Source: Fibrobacteria bacterium
GTDB lineage: Bacteria; Fibrobacterota; Fibrobacteria; UBA11236
Assembly: GCA_043745805.1 (NCBI GenBank)
Contig: JAYTSD010000045.1
Span: 80,505-144,504, forward strand
DNA length: 64,000 nt
Reading direction: 5' to 3'
Shown piece by piece: positions 48,594-57,671 of the stretch. A model generated the notes under the pieces. That model saw only the letters and a program-made list of their open reading frames with translations, did not search any database and was not told the DNA's origin. The stretch's first letter is position 1, and every line of letters starts with the position of its first letter. A program made the position numbers and the translations under genes.

Positions 48594-48670
48594 TGCGGGG
48601 TGGAGCAACCCGGTAGCTCGTTGGGCTCATAACCCAAAGGTTTCAGGTTCAAATCCTGACCCCGCTACCA
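48594..48670 (+). tRNA. tRNA-Met (CAU), initiator-type (tRNA-fMet)
   Basis: Cloverleaf folded by hand. The anticodon loop is CTCATAA, and the three consecutive G:C pairs closing the anticodon stem (GGG/CCC) are present. A11:U24 is present and position 1:72 is unpaired (U-U). These are bacterial initiator hallmarks. CCA is encoded. Confidence 0.8.
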
Positions 48671-48760
48671 ACATTAAAGCTTGAGTTCGTAAGAACAAAA
48701 GCTTTAAAAAAAATAAAGCAAAACCATTGTCACCATTCCAAGACAATGGACTAGCCTTGA

Positions 48761-48790
48761 AAAAGCCTGCGGTAACGCAGGCTTTTTTTA
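48761..48790 (+). terminator. rho-independent terminator downstream of tRNA-fMet
   Basis: AGCCTGCG gtaa CGCAGGCT followed by TTTTTTT. Confidence 0.65.
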
Positions 48791-48923
48791 TTTAATCAAT
48801 TGAAAGCCAGTAGCAATACAGGCATTTTTTTATGGTTCCGTAGCAATACTAATCTTATTTATGTAGCAATAAAATTATTGCTTTATTTTATGCTTTTCAA
48901 GCTAACCTTTTTATTTTTAATCT

Positions 48924-49481
48924 ATGCAAATTGAAAACACCAAAATCAATGACTTAAAAATTATTCATCCCAAAGTTATTCGCGATGATCGCGGATGGTT
49001 TTGCGAAAGCTATAATCAAGAAAAATATTCTCAACTCGGTATTGATACGGTTTTTGTGCAAGATAATCATAGCCAGTCGGCACGCTTAACTTTGCGTGGT
49101 TTGCATTTTCAAACGACGCCTGGACAAGCCAAATTAATCCGTTGTACGCAAGGTGAGATTTGGGATGTGGCTGTGGATATAAGAGCTGAATCGCCTACGC
49201 TAGGTCAATGGCATGGCCTTGTGCTTAGTGCCGAAAATCAGCAACAATTATTTATTCCCGTGGGATTTGCGCATGGATTCTTGGTACTCAGTGAATATGC
49301 GGAAGTACAGTATAAATGTTCAAATGTGTATGTGGCGGCTACGGAATCCGGAATAGCTTGGGATGATGCTGAAATAGGGGTAGCTTGGCCAATACCGAAA
49401 GGCGAAGTGCCTTTACTCTCTAAACGCGATCAAGGTAATCAAAGCTTTAAGGAGCTAATACAAGGTCGACGCGGAAATTAA
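48924..49481 (+). CDS. rfbC: dTDP-4-dehydrorhamnose 3,5-epimerase
   Basis: RmlC cupin motifs are present: RDDRGWF, QDNHSQS...LRGLHFQ and the His/Tyr catalytic residues. Confidence 0.9.
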   Translation: MQIENTKINDLKIIHPKVIRDDRGWFCESYNQEKYSQLGIDTVFVQDNHSQSARLTLRGLHFQTTPGQAKLIRCTQGEIWDVAVDIRAESPTLGQWHGLVLSAENQQQLFIPVGFAHGFLVLSEYAEVQYKCSNVYVAATESGIAWDDAEIGVAWPIPKGEVPLLSKRDQGNQSFKELIQGRRGN

Positions 49482-49505
49482 CTATTAAGCCCGTTTAATT
49501 TATTG

Positions 49506-49521
49506 GGTGAAAGCTTTCACC
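49506..49521. terminator. perfect 16-nt palindrome (GGTGAAAGCTTTCACC) between convergent rfbC and the REC-protein gene
   Basis: The sequence is exact reverse-complement symmetry. Confidence 0.5.
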
Positions 49522-49527
49522 AGTAAA

Positions 49528-50229
49528 TTAATAGTATTCGCTTAAAATCACTCGCTGGAAAATTTCGAAATATTCTTCTCCGCGCTTTTCCATATCGAGC
49601 GGTTTATTTAAAAATTCATAAAAGCGTCCTTGGCGTAAAGTTTTATGCATAAGATTATCATCACCCGCAGGATTACCCGTGATCAGCACAAATTTTAAAA
49701 AGGGTTTACTTTTGTGGATTAAATCGCAAAGTTCATTGCCGCTCATTTGTGGCATTACTTCATCAGTAATCACTAATACTACTTCGCTATTTTGCAAAAT
49801 AAATTGTGCCGCTTCTTGTGGGTTTTGAAAGGTTTTTAAATTCAGGCGCTTGCCATATTTGCGTTTGAAAAGAAATAGATTATCCTCTTCATCATCTACA
49901 TAAACGACCAAGGGATTATTTAAACCATGATGTATACAAGAAAAAATATGATCGGCCATTTGCCCTAAGGTTTTATAATGCCCCATATCCATGGGTGTAC
50001 CGCGGTACATCTCCTGCATGGCAAACATCATGGCAATATTAATAGTGATGCCCCCAAAGCGATGTTTTAATTCCTGGTCTAAAAGGGCTATGGTTTCTTT
50101 TTGTATATGGCAATCAAGCAATGCGCATTCGCTATTGCGTAGGACTGGCTGTGGAACAAAGGCGGGATTTTCTCCAGCTAATTTGTCGAGTACGCTTAGT
50201 AAAATCTCAAAAATTCGCGGTGAACGCAT
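49528..50229 (-). CDS. single-domain response regulator: N-terminal ACP-like (serine-less) domain fused to a CheY-type receiver (paralog 2)
   Basis: The C-terminal half has all the REC hallmarks: DD pair (VDDEEDN), phospho-Asp (ITDEVMP), Thr (ITGN) and Lys (NKPLD). There is no output domain. The N-terminal roughly 100 aa align to the paralog at 57672..58349. Confidence 0.6.
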   Translation of the reverse strand: MRSPRIFEILLSVLDKLAGENPAFVPQPVLRNSECALLDCHIQKETIALLDQELKHRFGGITINIAMMFAMQEMYRGTPMDMGHYKTLGQMADHIFSCIHHGLNNPLVVYVDDEEDNLFLFKRKYGKRLNLKTFQNPQEAAQFILQNSEVVLVITDEVMPQMSGNELCDLIHKSKPFLKFVLITGNPAGDDNLMHKTLRQGRFYEFLNKPLDMEKRGEEYFEIFQRVILSEYY

Positions 50230-50327
50230 GTTTTATTATAAAGCTTGGATGACAAATACTCTAGATATTTTTGCTGCGATTTATATCGAAAGGTTTAAAT
50301 TCGTTGCAGTTTTCCATTTTTTCGGGA

Positions 50328-51299
50328 TTAAACTTGATTGCGAGGATGAAAAGACTTATGCGTTTCTCGCAAATAATCCTGATCCAAATGGGTATAAATT
50401 TGTGTGGTGCTAATATCGGTATGGCCCAGCATTTCTTGCACGGAACGTAAATCGGCACCGGCTTCAATTAAATGAGTGGCAAAAGTATGCCGAAAAGTAT
50501 GGGGTGAAACGGCAGTTTTAATATCGCTAGCCAGGCAAATTTGTTGTACGATTTTCCAAGCTCCCATACGGCTTAAAGGTTTGCCGCGCCAATTAAGCAG
50601 TAAAGTATTATCGCGAGCATTAAGGCTTTGTCTTTCGCTGGCTAAATATTGTTTTAAGCTTGCCGATACTTTTTGGCCTAAAGGCACAAGTCTTTGCTTA
50701 TTTCCTTTGCCTTGCACCATTACCACATCTTCATCGAAATGTAATTGATCAATTTGCAAAGTAATTGCTTCGGAAATGCGTAATCCTAATCCATACAATA
50801 ATTCAATTAAGCAAAGATTACGTGCCGGTCCAATTTTGTTTTCGCCATTATTTTGCAAGGCTTCCGGAAGTTCTGAAAGATGTGTATAAATACTTTGCAT
50901 TTCCACATGGCTCAAAGAGGAGGGCTTATAACGCTGTTGCCGTGGCGCGCGCAGGCCCATAGTGGGATCTTCAGTCAATAAATTTTCTTCGATTAAATAC
51001 TGGCAATAGCTTTTAATGCTGGAAACATAACGTGCTAGGCTTGCCGCAGCAATGCCTAAATCGGTAAGACCTTGGATGAATCCTCGTAAGGTTAAAGCGG
51101 TTAAATCTTTCACTGTGGGTTTATTATTGTTTTGCGCGAGATGGCGAAATAGTAAGAGTAAGTCGCGAGTATAGGAATCCACCGTTTCGGGGCTAAGCCT
51201 TTTTTCTAATTGCAATAAGGCTTGGTAACCGCTAAGTGACGGTATTTCGGGATCCGCAGGGGAATCTTTTTCCGTTAATCCTAATCCTTGTTTCTCCAC
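50328..51299 (-). CDS. tyrosine site-specific recombinase, XerC/XerD-like
   Basis: LLELLYGLGLRISEA box, R...HxxR...Y catalytic residues (HTFRHTFATHL...TTQIYTHL) and a length of 323 aa. Confidence 0.8.
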   Translation of the reverse strand: MEKQGLGLTEKDSPADPEIPSLSGYQALLQLEKRLSPETVDSYTRDLLLLFRHLAQNNNKPTVKDLTALTLRGFIQGLTDLGIAAASLARYVSSIKSYCQYLIEENLLTEDPTMGLRAPRQQRYKPSSLSHVEMQSIYTHLSELPEALQNNGENKIGPARNLCLIELLYGLGLRISEAITLQIDQLHFDEDVVMVQGKGNKQRLVPLGQKVSASLKQYLASERQSLNARDNTLLLNWRGKPLSRMGAWKIVQQICLASDIKTAVSPHTFRHTFATHLIEAGADLRSVQEMLGHTDISTTQIYTHLDQDYLRETHKSFHPRNQV

Positions 51300-51302
51300 G
51301 CT

Positions 51303-52298
51303 TTAAGGAATCCCTTTATCAATCACCGCTTTGGCCAAACGATGAAAAAGTGTTGGATTTGCGATGGCCTTACTTAAATTTTCGCGGGTTAAGCTCGCGG
51401 CTAAATCTTTATGATTGCTTGAGCACCAATGTAAGGTATAAGTATTTTCTGGCAAGATTTTTCCTGGGCCATAAAAAAAACGGAAAGTTTGGCTGGGGGG
51501 TATGGTGTAAAAATAATCGCTGCCAAGCCTTGTCATTTCAGAGTCCATGTGATCTCCGGCAATGCCCGTAGGGTCAGTAGGCTTGGACCCAAATAAAGCA
51601 AAAGCACGATTCATTAATATAGGACCGAGATTAAAACGAATAGTAGGATCGGTTTCGGGAATAAGTTTTAATACTTGCATAAAAAAAGCACTACCGGCTT
51701 CGCAAGCCAATACCGCATTGTTTAATTTTTTTGCACTCCATAAGCGCATAAGTATTTTATTAATCACATTAATAGCGCGACTGTCTTTTAAAAATTTTGC
51801 ATTCCATAAAGAGAGATAATAACTAAGTCCAAAAGCCGCGCCGAAAGGAATGATTTCGGGAGTGAACTTGCCTGCTACTCTATCATCATCGCATCGAAAT
51901 ACAGCTTCTTCACCAATGAAGGCGCGATGTTTTAATAAAGGTGTATAATCTTTAACCGTAAGGGTATCGAAATCTAAATAAATACCGCCTTCGCGCACTA
52001 AAATCAGATAACGCAAAATATTGCTTTTGCCAGCTAAATAAGTATTAGAAATGGAGGCAATGATTTGTTTCATGCTTTGCCATTCTTCGGGCAAGCCTTG
52101 CAATAAAGCCGCTAAATCAATAGGTCGAAATTCCACGCGGCCTTGCAGATTTTTCCAAAATTCATTGTGAGGTGGATTTTCAAAATGAATAGTCACTTTA
52201 GCATTTGGATTAGTTTGTAAAATAGATTCAATGGCAAGTTGATTAACAAATGGGAAATGTTGACCTATCCAAATGAGATGAAAATGATGAGGAATCAT
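51303..52298 (-). CDS. GT32-like glycosyltransferase (sugar-binding region with DXD motif)
   Basis: The start was chosen at MIPHHFHLIWIG, the canonical N-terminus of OCH1/GT32-type transferases, followed by a YLDFDTL DXD motif. The longer ORF-track start at 52406 adds a hydrophobic leader and overlaps the divergent gene. Confidence 0.5.
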   Translation of the reverse strand: MIPHHFHLIWIGQHFPFVNQLAIESILQTNPNAKVTIHFENPPHNEFWKNLQGRVEFRPIDLAALLQGLPEEWQSMKQIIASISNTYLAGKSNILRYLILVREGGIYLDFDTLTVKDYTPLLKHRAFIGEEAVFRCDDDRVAGKFTPEIIPFGAAFGLSYYLSLWNAKFLKDSRAINVINKILMRLWSAKKLNNAVLACEAGSAFFMQVLKLIPETDPTIRFNLGPILMNRAFALFGSKPTDPTGIAGDHMDSEMTRLGSDYFYTIPPSQTFRFFYGPGKILPENTYTLHWCSSNHKDLAASLTRENLSKAIANPTLFHRLAKAVIDKGIP

Positions 52299-52395
52299 AA
52301 TTTGCTTTTGGGGATAAACGGTGAGAATGGGTTGCGTGGCGAAAGTGTTTTTGTGGTATTGTCGGTGATCAATCGCATATAATAAGACGAATATA

Positions 52396-54498
52396 ATGAA
52401 AACCACGCCGAATGCAAAGTATTGCCGAACCTTGAGTAAACAATATTGTTCCTTAAGTCTGTGGATTTTTTGCTTCAGCTTATTTTTGCATACGGTTGCC
52501 GCGAATTCTTTCGCTCAAGATTCACTGAATAAAGCGGATTATTATCAGCCCACCATTCTAAAAGTTTGGGAGAAAACCATTGCAACCAATAGGGGCGTGC
52601 ATGCTTGGAATAGCGATAATGATGGCCTATTAGTTTTTCAGGAATGGATAGCCTCAATGATTTTAGCACGTCATAGTTCCGAAGTCGCACAAATTAAACT
52701 GGGACGTAAATTGGAAAATTATGTGGTGGGTGGAAATATTAAACCCTTAGGATATGTGGGTACCACCTTGCCAGTTCCAGGTTTTGGCGAGGGAGATTTT
52801 GATATGACTTTATTGAGTTGTATGACCTTGCTCGGCACCTTTGAACGCGACACTTTAATGTTAACGCATAAAACCTATGTGCATTTATTACGTCAGGTAA
52901 TTTGTCTTTGGGGACAAACTCCCAAAGAAAATTTCGATATTTTTTTTCTGAGTTTCCCAGAAACAGAAAATCATTTATTCATGTCGGAAAGTATTCGCTA
53001 TCTTACCAATCAAATATTGTATGAAAATCCTCGGCATTTAATTGCCATTAAACATTTGCGTGACTCCTTAACTCATGCCGGCATTGAGTTAAATAATAAT
53101 AATGGGGTAGTGCGGCGGTTACTATTAAAAAATATGCAATTGGTGCTTTCACGCGGGCTTTTTGAATTTAATGCAAAGGTTTATCAACGCTTTACTTTAC
53201 ATGCTTTGGATAATCTCTATAGCTTTGCTTCGGATTCAACCCTAGTGGCGGCTTCGCAAAGTGTTTTGCATTATTTAGCCACCAAATTTGCTTTCCAAAG
53301 TTTTAATGGTATTCGCTTTGGGCCTTATCGACGTAACTCGGAAAAATTTGCGGATTCCTCCTTAATTGACAGTGATGCGGCATGCAGTTTTTTTGCTATT
53401 CAAAGTGGCAAGTTTAATTGGGATAATAATTATTGGTTTGCGCATCGTTCCCATGCCGCTATGGCACTTTATTCCACGGTATTAAAATATAGAGTACCCG
53501 ATATATTATTGGATTTTATGCAAAATCGTGAAAACCCTTATTGGGCTTTATTTAGCAATGGTATTAATGTGGAGGCTAATGGTGGGCAAGCTTTGGAAAG
53601 TTACTATGGTGCGCCACATTTTTTGATGAGCGCTGGAGGTCAGTACACGGCATATGCGGGACGGAATTTTCCTACGCAGGGTTTTTGGTTAAAAAAAGCG
53701 CCTTGGGTTTATGATGTGGTAAGTCGTTCGAGTTCGGTCATTTTAGATCCGGCTATTAAGCAACCTTATGCTTTAACGGATATTCTGCATTTTAAAGGCG
53801 CACAATGGAAAGCCAATAATTTAGCTCTGCATCAAAATTTTCTGTATGGTTATGCCGAGGCTAGCCATCGTAAGGATTGGCCACAAGCTATTCCGAGTGA
53901 TTGGCAACAAGATGGGGAAATTATGGATGGCGGAGGATTTGAATTTCGCTTTTATGATCAAAGCCGGCAAGGCGTATTTATAGTGCTAACGCGCTTGAAA
54001 AACCTGCCTTCATGGCGGTTTTGGGAGCGAACTTCTACGGTAAGAGGCACTATCGAAGTGGTGGATACGGCGGAAGCTCATTCCCTAGTTCTTTTTAAGG
54101 CAAAAATGCGCCAACAAAACATGCAAACATTAGGTAATCTATTTACTGCAAAACGGTTATATACCACCTACAAGGGTGTTAAATTAACGCTTAATCCAAG
54201 CTATGATAATACCCATACGGGCATTGTAAAAATACAAAGCCCACAAGATAAGGCGATTTGGAAACAAGGGTTATCTCCAGTATTCAAAAAAAGTAATAGC
54301 TTATTGCAGGTGAATTGGATACAAGCCGATGGCTTATTAGGGCAGGAAATTGCCTCTGGAGATGGTCAAGGTAACTTACAGGTGATTAATCCGCATTTGC
54401 AGCAAGAATTAAATATTTGCTTTAAAGAATGGTGGAATCCATGGATAGTTATGCAGGCTTGGCCGGTCCTTGAAAACAATATCAATAATGTGAAATGA
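52396..54498 (+). CDS. large secreted hypothetical protein (700 aa), possibly polysaccharide-lyase/heparinase-II/III-like
   Basis: Signal peptide and a long Trp/Tyr-rich polypeptide. The family guess is speculative. Confidence 0.45.
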   Translation: MKTTPNAKYCRTLSKQYCSLSLWIFCFSLFLHTVAANSFAQDSLNKADYYQPTILKVWEKTIATNRGVHAWNSDNDGLLVFQEWIASMILARHSSEVAQIKLGRKLENYVVGGNIKPLGYVGTTLPVPGFGEGDFDMTLLSCMTLLGTFERDTLMLTHKTYVHLLRQVICLWGQTPKENFDIFFLSFPETENHLFMSESIRYLTNQILYENPRHLIAIKHLRDSLTHAGIELNNNNGVVRRLLLKNMQLVLSRGLFEFNAKVYQRFTLHALDNLYSFASDSTLVAASQSVLHYLATKFAFQSFNGIRFGPYRRNSEKFADSSLIDSDAACSFFAIQSGKFNWDNNYWFAHRSHAAMALYSTVLKYRVPDILLDFMQNRENPYWALFSNGINVEANGGQALESYYGAPHFLMSAGGQYTAYAGRNFPTQGFWLKKAPWVYDVVSRSSSVILDPAIKQPYALTDILHFKGAQWKANNLALHQNFLYGYAEASHRKDWPQAIPSDWQQDGEIMDGGGFEFRFYDQSRQGVFIVLTRLKNLPSWRFWERTSTVRGTIEVVDTAEAHSLVLFKAKMRQQNMQTLGNLFTAKRLYTTYKGVKLTLNPSYDNTHTGIVKIQSPQDKAIWKQGLSPVFKKSNSLLQVNWIQADGLLGQEIASGDGQGNLQVINPHLQQELNICFKEWWNPWIVMQAWPVLENNINNVK

Positions 54499-54801
54499 AT
54501 AAATTTTAATACTTAAAAGTAAAATACCAGTTAAAATGGTGAATTCAGAGGAAAATCCAAAGGTTTTGTGTTTCCGATTGGCGTCGGCTTCAAATGGCTA
54601 CCTTAAAAAATCGTATTTGTAATCAAAATGTATGAAGACAGATTTTTTTATTTAGGTGATCTTTATAATAGGGTCATCGCAGAAAATGTGGGGACCCGAA
54701 AAAATCAATGAATGCTGCTGGGGTACATTTGGAAGGACCCTGGTCACTCGAGGAAAAAGCCCGCGCAACGCTTTTAAACCCGGCAGCATTCGGATTTACT
54801 T

Positions 54802-56178
54802 TTAACTCTCTTCGTGAAAATCAATTTTTGCATCCGCATGCACACTGAAACTTCCCTGTCCATTGATTACGATATGTAAACCAATTTTTTGTGTTTCTAA
54901 TTTTGCTTTTAAACGATATAAGCGAATTTCAAAATTTGGTTTCTTTTGTCCGGCTAAAAGATTTTGATCTTTTTTGAAACTGCGATATTCAAATTCCTTT
55001 TTGCCTTTGTGAATCAATTCAATTAAAATATTGCGTAGTATTTTTGCAGAAACCGTTTTTAAAAAAATTTTTCCATTTAAAATGAGTTGTACTTCTTGAG
55101 GTCGATAAATAAAAACAATATTCGCTTCAAGCTGACTAATTAAATTTTGATGCTTGCGCATTAATGCTCCAGCAAAAATCTTTTCATGTTGTGCCGCATC
55201 TTCGACTAAGTGCTTGAGAAATAGGCCATTTTTTAACTGGACTTTTTGATGCTTAACACAAGTCATGTATATAGGAGCGCTGTATACACACTGGGCGTGG
55301 AGCAATATGCGCTGGCGTAAGGGGCAGAAAAAATCCTTTTCCATAAGGATTACTTGCGCTGCGGGAATTTTATATTTCGCTAAGCTTAACTCATGGCTTT
55401 TTAAAAAATCAGTGAAGGCTATTTTGTGACCGTAACATTCACCGTTTATCCATAATTGTTGACCTTTAACGCGTACGGAATGATCGGGTAAAATATTATT
55501 TATAGAACGAATATCAGATAAATATTGCAACTGTGCAAAAGGCGCCAAGCCTAAAATTTTGGGAGCTTTTAAAATTTGGGGGCCGACTACAAAATCAAAA
55601 TTAAAATTAAAGGCATGGGTAAAGGTTTTGTCGGGAATATAAACTAAATAGGATTGTACTGATTTTTTTCCCTCCACCTTTTTTACGCGGCGATGAATAT
55701 GCCCTGGCAAATATTTTTCCGTACACACCGAAATCAAATCAAAAACCATATCATGTGTATCCGTGGCATTGAAGGCCTTTTGCATCAAGGGATAAAACCA
55801 AGCTAAAATTTCTTTACCAGGAAAATAGGTAGCGGCATTATTTCGATAAAGCAGTTTTTCTATGAATTTATTTGGAGAAACCCCCTTGCTGATTAAAAAA
55901 GGTTCCAAATCATTGACCACATAATAATTCCATCGCAATGGAATTTTTCCTTCACAGTGCCAAAGAAAATGCAGCAGCTCGGCGCCAATCAATATTTTAT
56001 CGGGATAAACAATAGGGTGTGCTTCCCAAAACTCTAAAATCCATTCCCGTGGAAATAATTGCAACATAGTCACATACGAGGCGCGGTGAAAATCGTGAAT
56101 GGTTAAGGGATCCTGCATGAGATAGCGGGTTTGTTCAAGGGGCGCTTCGTTATCTATCAGCAGTGCTTCTTTGATCAT
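54802..56178 (-). CDS. regulator with novel roughly 350-aa N-terminal domain fused to a C-terminal OmpR/PhoB-type winged-helix DNA-binding domain (tandem paralog B)
   Basis: The C-terminal roughly 90 aa (...LKTVSAKILRNILIELIHKGKKEFEYRSF...NFEIRLYRLKAKLE...IGLHIVINGQGSFSV) follow the Trans_reg_C pattern (L-P-E, LL, G, the RLRKKLE-like helix and the TVRGxGYxL-like wing). The N-terminal part has conserved Cys/His (CPLRQRILLHAQCVYSAPIYMTCVKHQ). Confidence 0.55.
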   Translation of the reverse strand: MIKEALLIDNEAPLEQTRYLMQDPLTIHDFHRASYVTMLQLFPREWILEFWEAHPIVYPDKILIGAELLHFLWHCEGKIPLRWNYYVVNDLEPFLISKGVSPNKFIEKLLYRNNAATYFPGKEILAWFYPLMQKAFNATDTHDMVFDLISVCTEKYLPGHIHRRVKKVEGKKSVQSYLVYIPDKTFTHAFNFNFDFVVGPQILKAPKILGLAPFAQLQYLSDIRSINNILPDHSVRVKGQQLWINGECYGHKIAFTDFLKSHELSLAKYKIPAAQVILMEKDFFCPLRQRILLHAQCVYSAPIYMTCVKHQKVQLKNGLFLKHLVEDAAQHEKIFAGALMRKHQNLISQLEANIVFIYRPQEVQLILNGKIFLKTVSAKILRNILIELIHKGKKEFEYRSFKKDQNLLAGQKKPNFEIRLYRLKAKLETQKIGLHIVINGQGSFSVHADAKIDFHEES

Positions 56179-56192
56179 AGGAGTTGCTTTCC

Positions 56193-57545
56193 TTAACCTA
56201 TTTCGCGGAAATCGATTTTCCGATCACAGATTAAAGTAAAAGTTCCGCGTCCATTTTTCACTATACTTAGGCCTAATTTTTCTTGGTCGAGTTTTTCCAT
56301 TAGGCGATAAAAACGGATTTCAAAATTGGAATTTTTTTGGTGGTTGGATATTTCAAAATCGGCTTTGAACTCTTTATACTCAAATTCAGTTTTACCCTCG
56401 CGAGTATAGGCGAGAAGAATATCCTTTAAAATTTTGGCGGGGGTATTTTTTACAAAATGTTTTCCATTGAGGGATAAACTTTGATCTTGAGCATGATAGA
56501 ACGCACGTATTTTATTTTCTAATTGCTTTACTAATTCCCCATGTTTTTTTTCCAATTCACTTTTGGAAAAGGATTTTTCTAAATCGGCATCTTCAACCAA
56601 ATGTTGTAAGAAACTGATTTTTTTCTTTTGCAACTTATGATGTTGCATGCAAATCATGTATAGCGGCGCACCATAAGCGCAATTGGCATAGAGGACAATG
56701 CGTTTGCGGAGTGGACAATAATAATCTTTGTGCAAATGAAATACTTCGGCATCGGGCGCATCAATTTTGCCTAAATCAATATCCAATTTTTTCAATAAAG
56801 CATAAAAAGTGGTTTTTTTGCCAATCCAATCCCCTTCGACATAGCAATCCGAGCCTTTATATTCGGCCTTTCCGGTCCATAGTACATCGTCTACGGTGCG
56901 TGTATCGCAAATATATTCAACGTTATTAAAAGCAGGCAAAGAAAGAATCTTGGAACTGGATTTGAATTGTTCTCCGGCCACAAAATCGAAATTAAATTTT
57001 ACCATATTGCTAAAATTTTTATCGCTACAATAAACCAAATAAGAATGTACCACATTTTCTTTTTCAACTTTTTTGACACGGCGACTTATATGTTGCGGTA
57101 ATAATTTCGAGGTAAAAATATCAATCAGTTTATAAGCCATATCCCAAATATCATAGGCATTAAATACTTTGCCCATAAGCGGATAAAACCAAGACAGTAT
57201 AGTTATACCTGGGATATACGTAGCTTGATTGTTACGGAAGAGAATTTTTTTAATGAAGCTATTTCCGTAAATACCTTTGGAAATTAAAAAGGGTTCAATA
57301 GCGTCACCCGTGGTATAATCCCAAGTGACAGGGACTTTATTATTCGCTTGCCATAAATGCTTAACTAATTCATCATCCGCAATGAGGTGTGTGCCCTCTT
57401 GAATAGGATATGCAGACCAAAACTCTTCCAGCCAATCCAATGGAAACTCAGCCAGCATGGTAAGATAAACGGAGCGTTGAAAATCATTAGTGGTTTTTAG
57501 CTTTTTATAAGCATTAGTCCATTTATTAATGAGCTGTTGTCCCAA
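56193..57545 (-). CDS. regulator with novel N-terminal domain fused to a C-terminal OmpR/PhoB-type winged-helix domain (tandem paralog A)
   Basis: This is a full-length paralog of 54802..56178 (shared blocks PFLISKG, SYLVY, FNFDFV, DYYCPLRKRIVLYANCAYGAPLYMICMQHH). The C-terminal ...NFEIRFYRLMEKLD...LGLSIVKNGRGTFTL matches the OmpR-type wHTH. Confidence 0.55.
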   Translation of the reverse strand: MGQQLINKWTNAYKKLKTTNDFQRSVYLTMLAEFPLDWLEEFWSAYPIQEGTHLIADDELVKHLWQANNKVPVTWDYTTGDAIEPFLISKGIYGNSFIKKILFRNNQATYIPGITILSWFYPLMGKVFNAYDIWDMAYKLIDIFTSKLLPQHISRRVKKVEKENVVHSYLVYCSDKNFSNMVKFNFDFVAGEQFKSSSKILSLPAFNNVEYICDTRTVDDVLWTGKAEYKGSDCYVEGDWIGKKTTFYALLKKLDIDLGKIDAPDAEVFHLHKDYYCPLRKRIVLYANCAYGAPLYMICMQHHKLQKKKISFLQHLVEDADLEKSFSKSELEKKHGELVKQLENKIRAFYHAQDQSLSLNGKHFVKNTPAKILKDILLAYTREGKTEFEYKEFKADFEISNHQKNSNFEIRFYRLMEKLDQEKLGLSIVKNGRGTFTLICDRKIDFREIG

Positions 57546-57671
57546 TGTAGCCTCTTTAAACGATTCAAATGCCTTGTCAAATCTGCATTTTTTTAAAGCG
57601 GCTTAAACCCTAAATTCGGAGAAAAATAGGGTAAGAGAAAGTAAAATTAAGGTTTTTTAAGTTTTGTAAAT

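Noticed and set aside
50261-50467. 68-aa minus-strand ORF overlapping the xerD 3' end
   Set aside because: It mostly overlaps the well-supported recombinase gene in another frame. It has a low-complexity, Ile/Lys-rich composition and no RBS.
50230-54801. Integrated mobile element delimited by the two REC paralogs and carrying the XerD-like gene
   Set aside because: No flanking direct repeats, att-like sequence, tRNA fragment or phage, conjugative or transposition genes were found. It is kept only as a weak insertion hypothesis in the findings.
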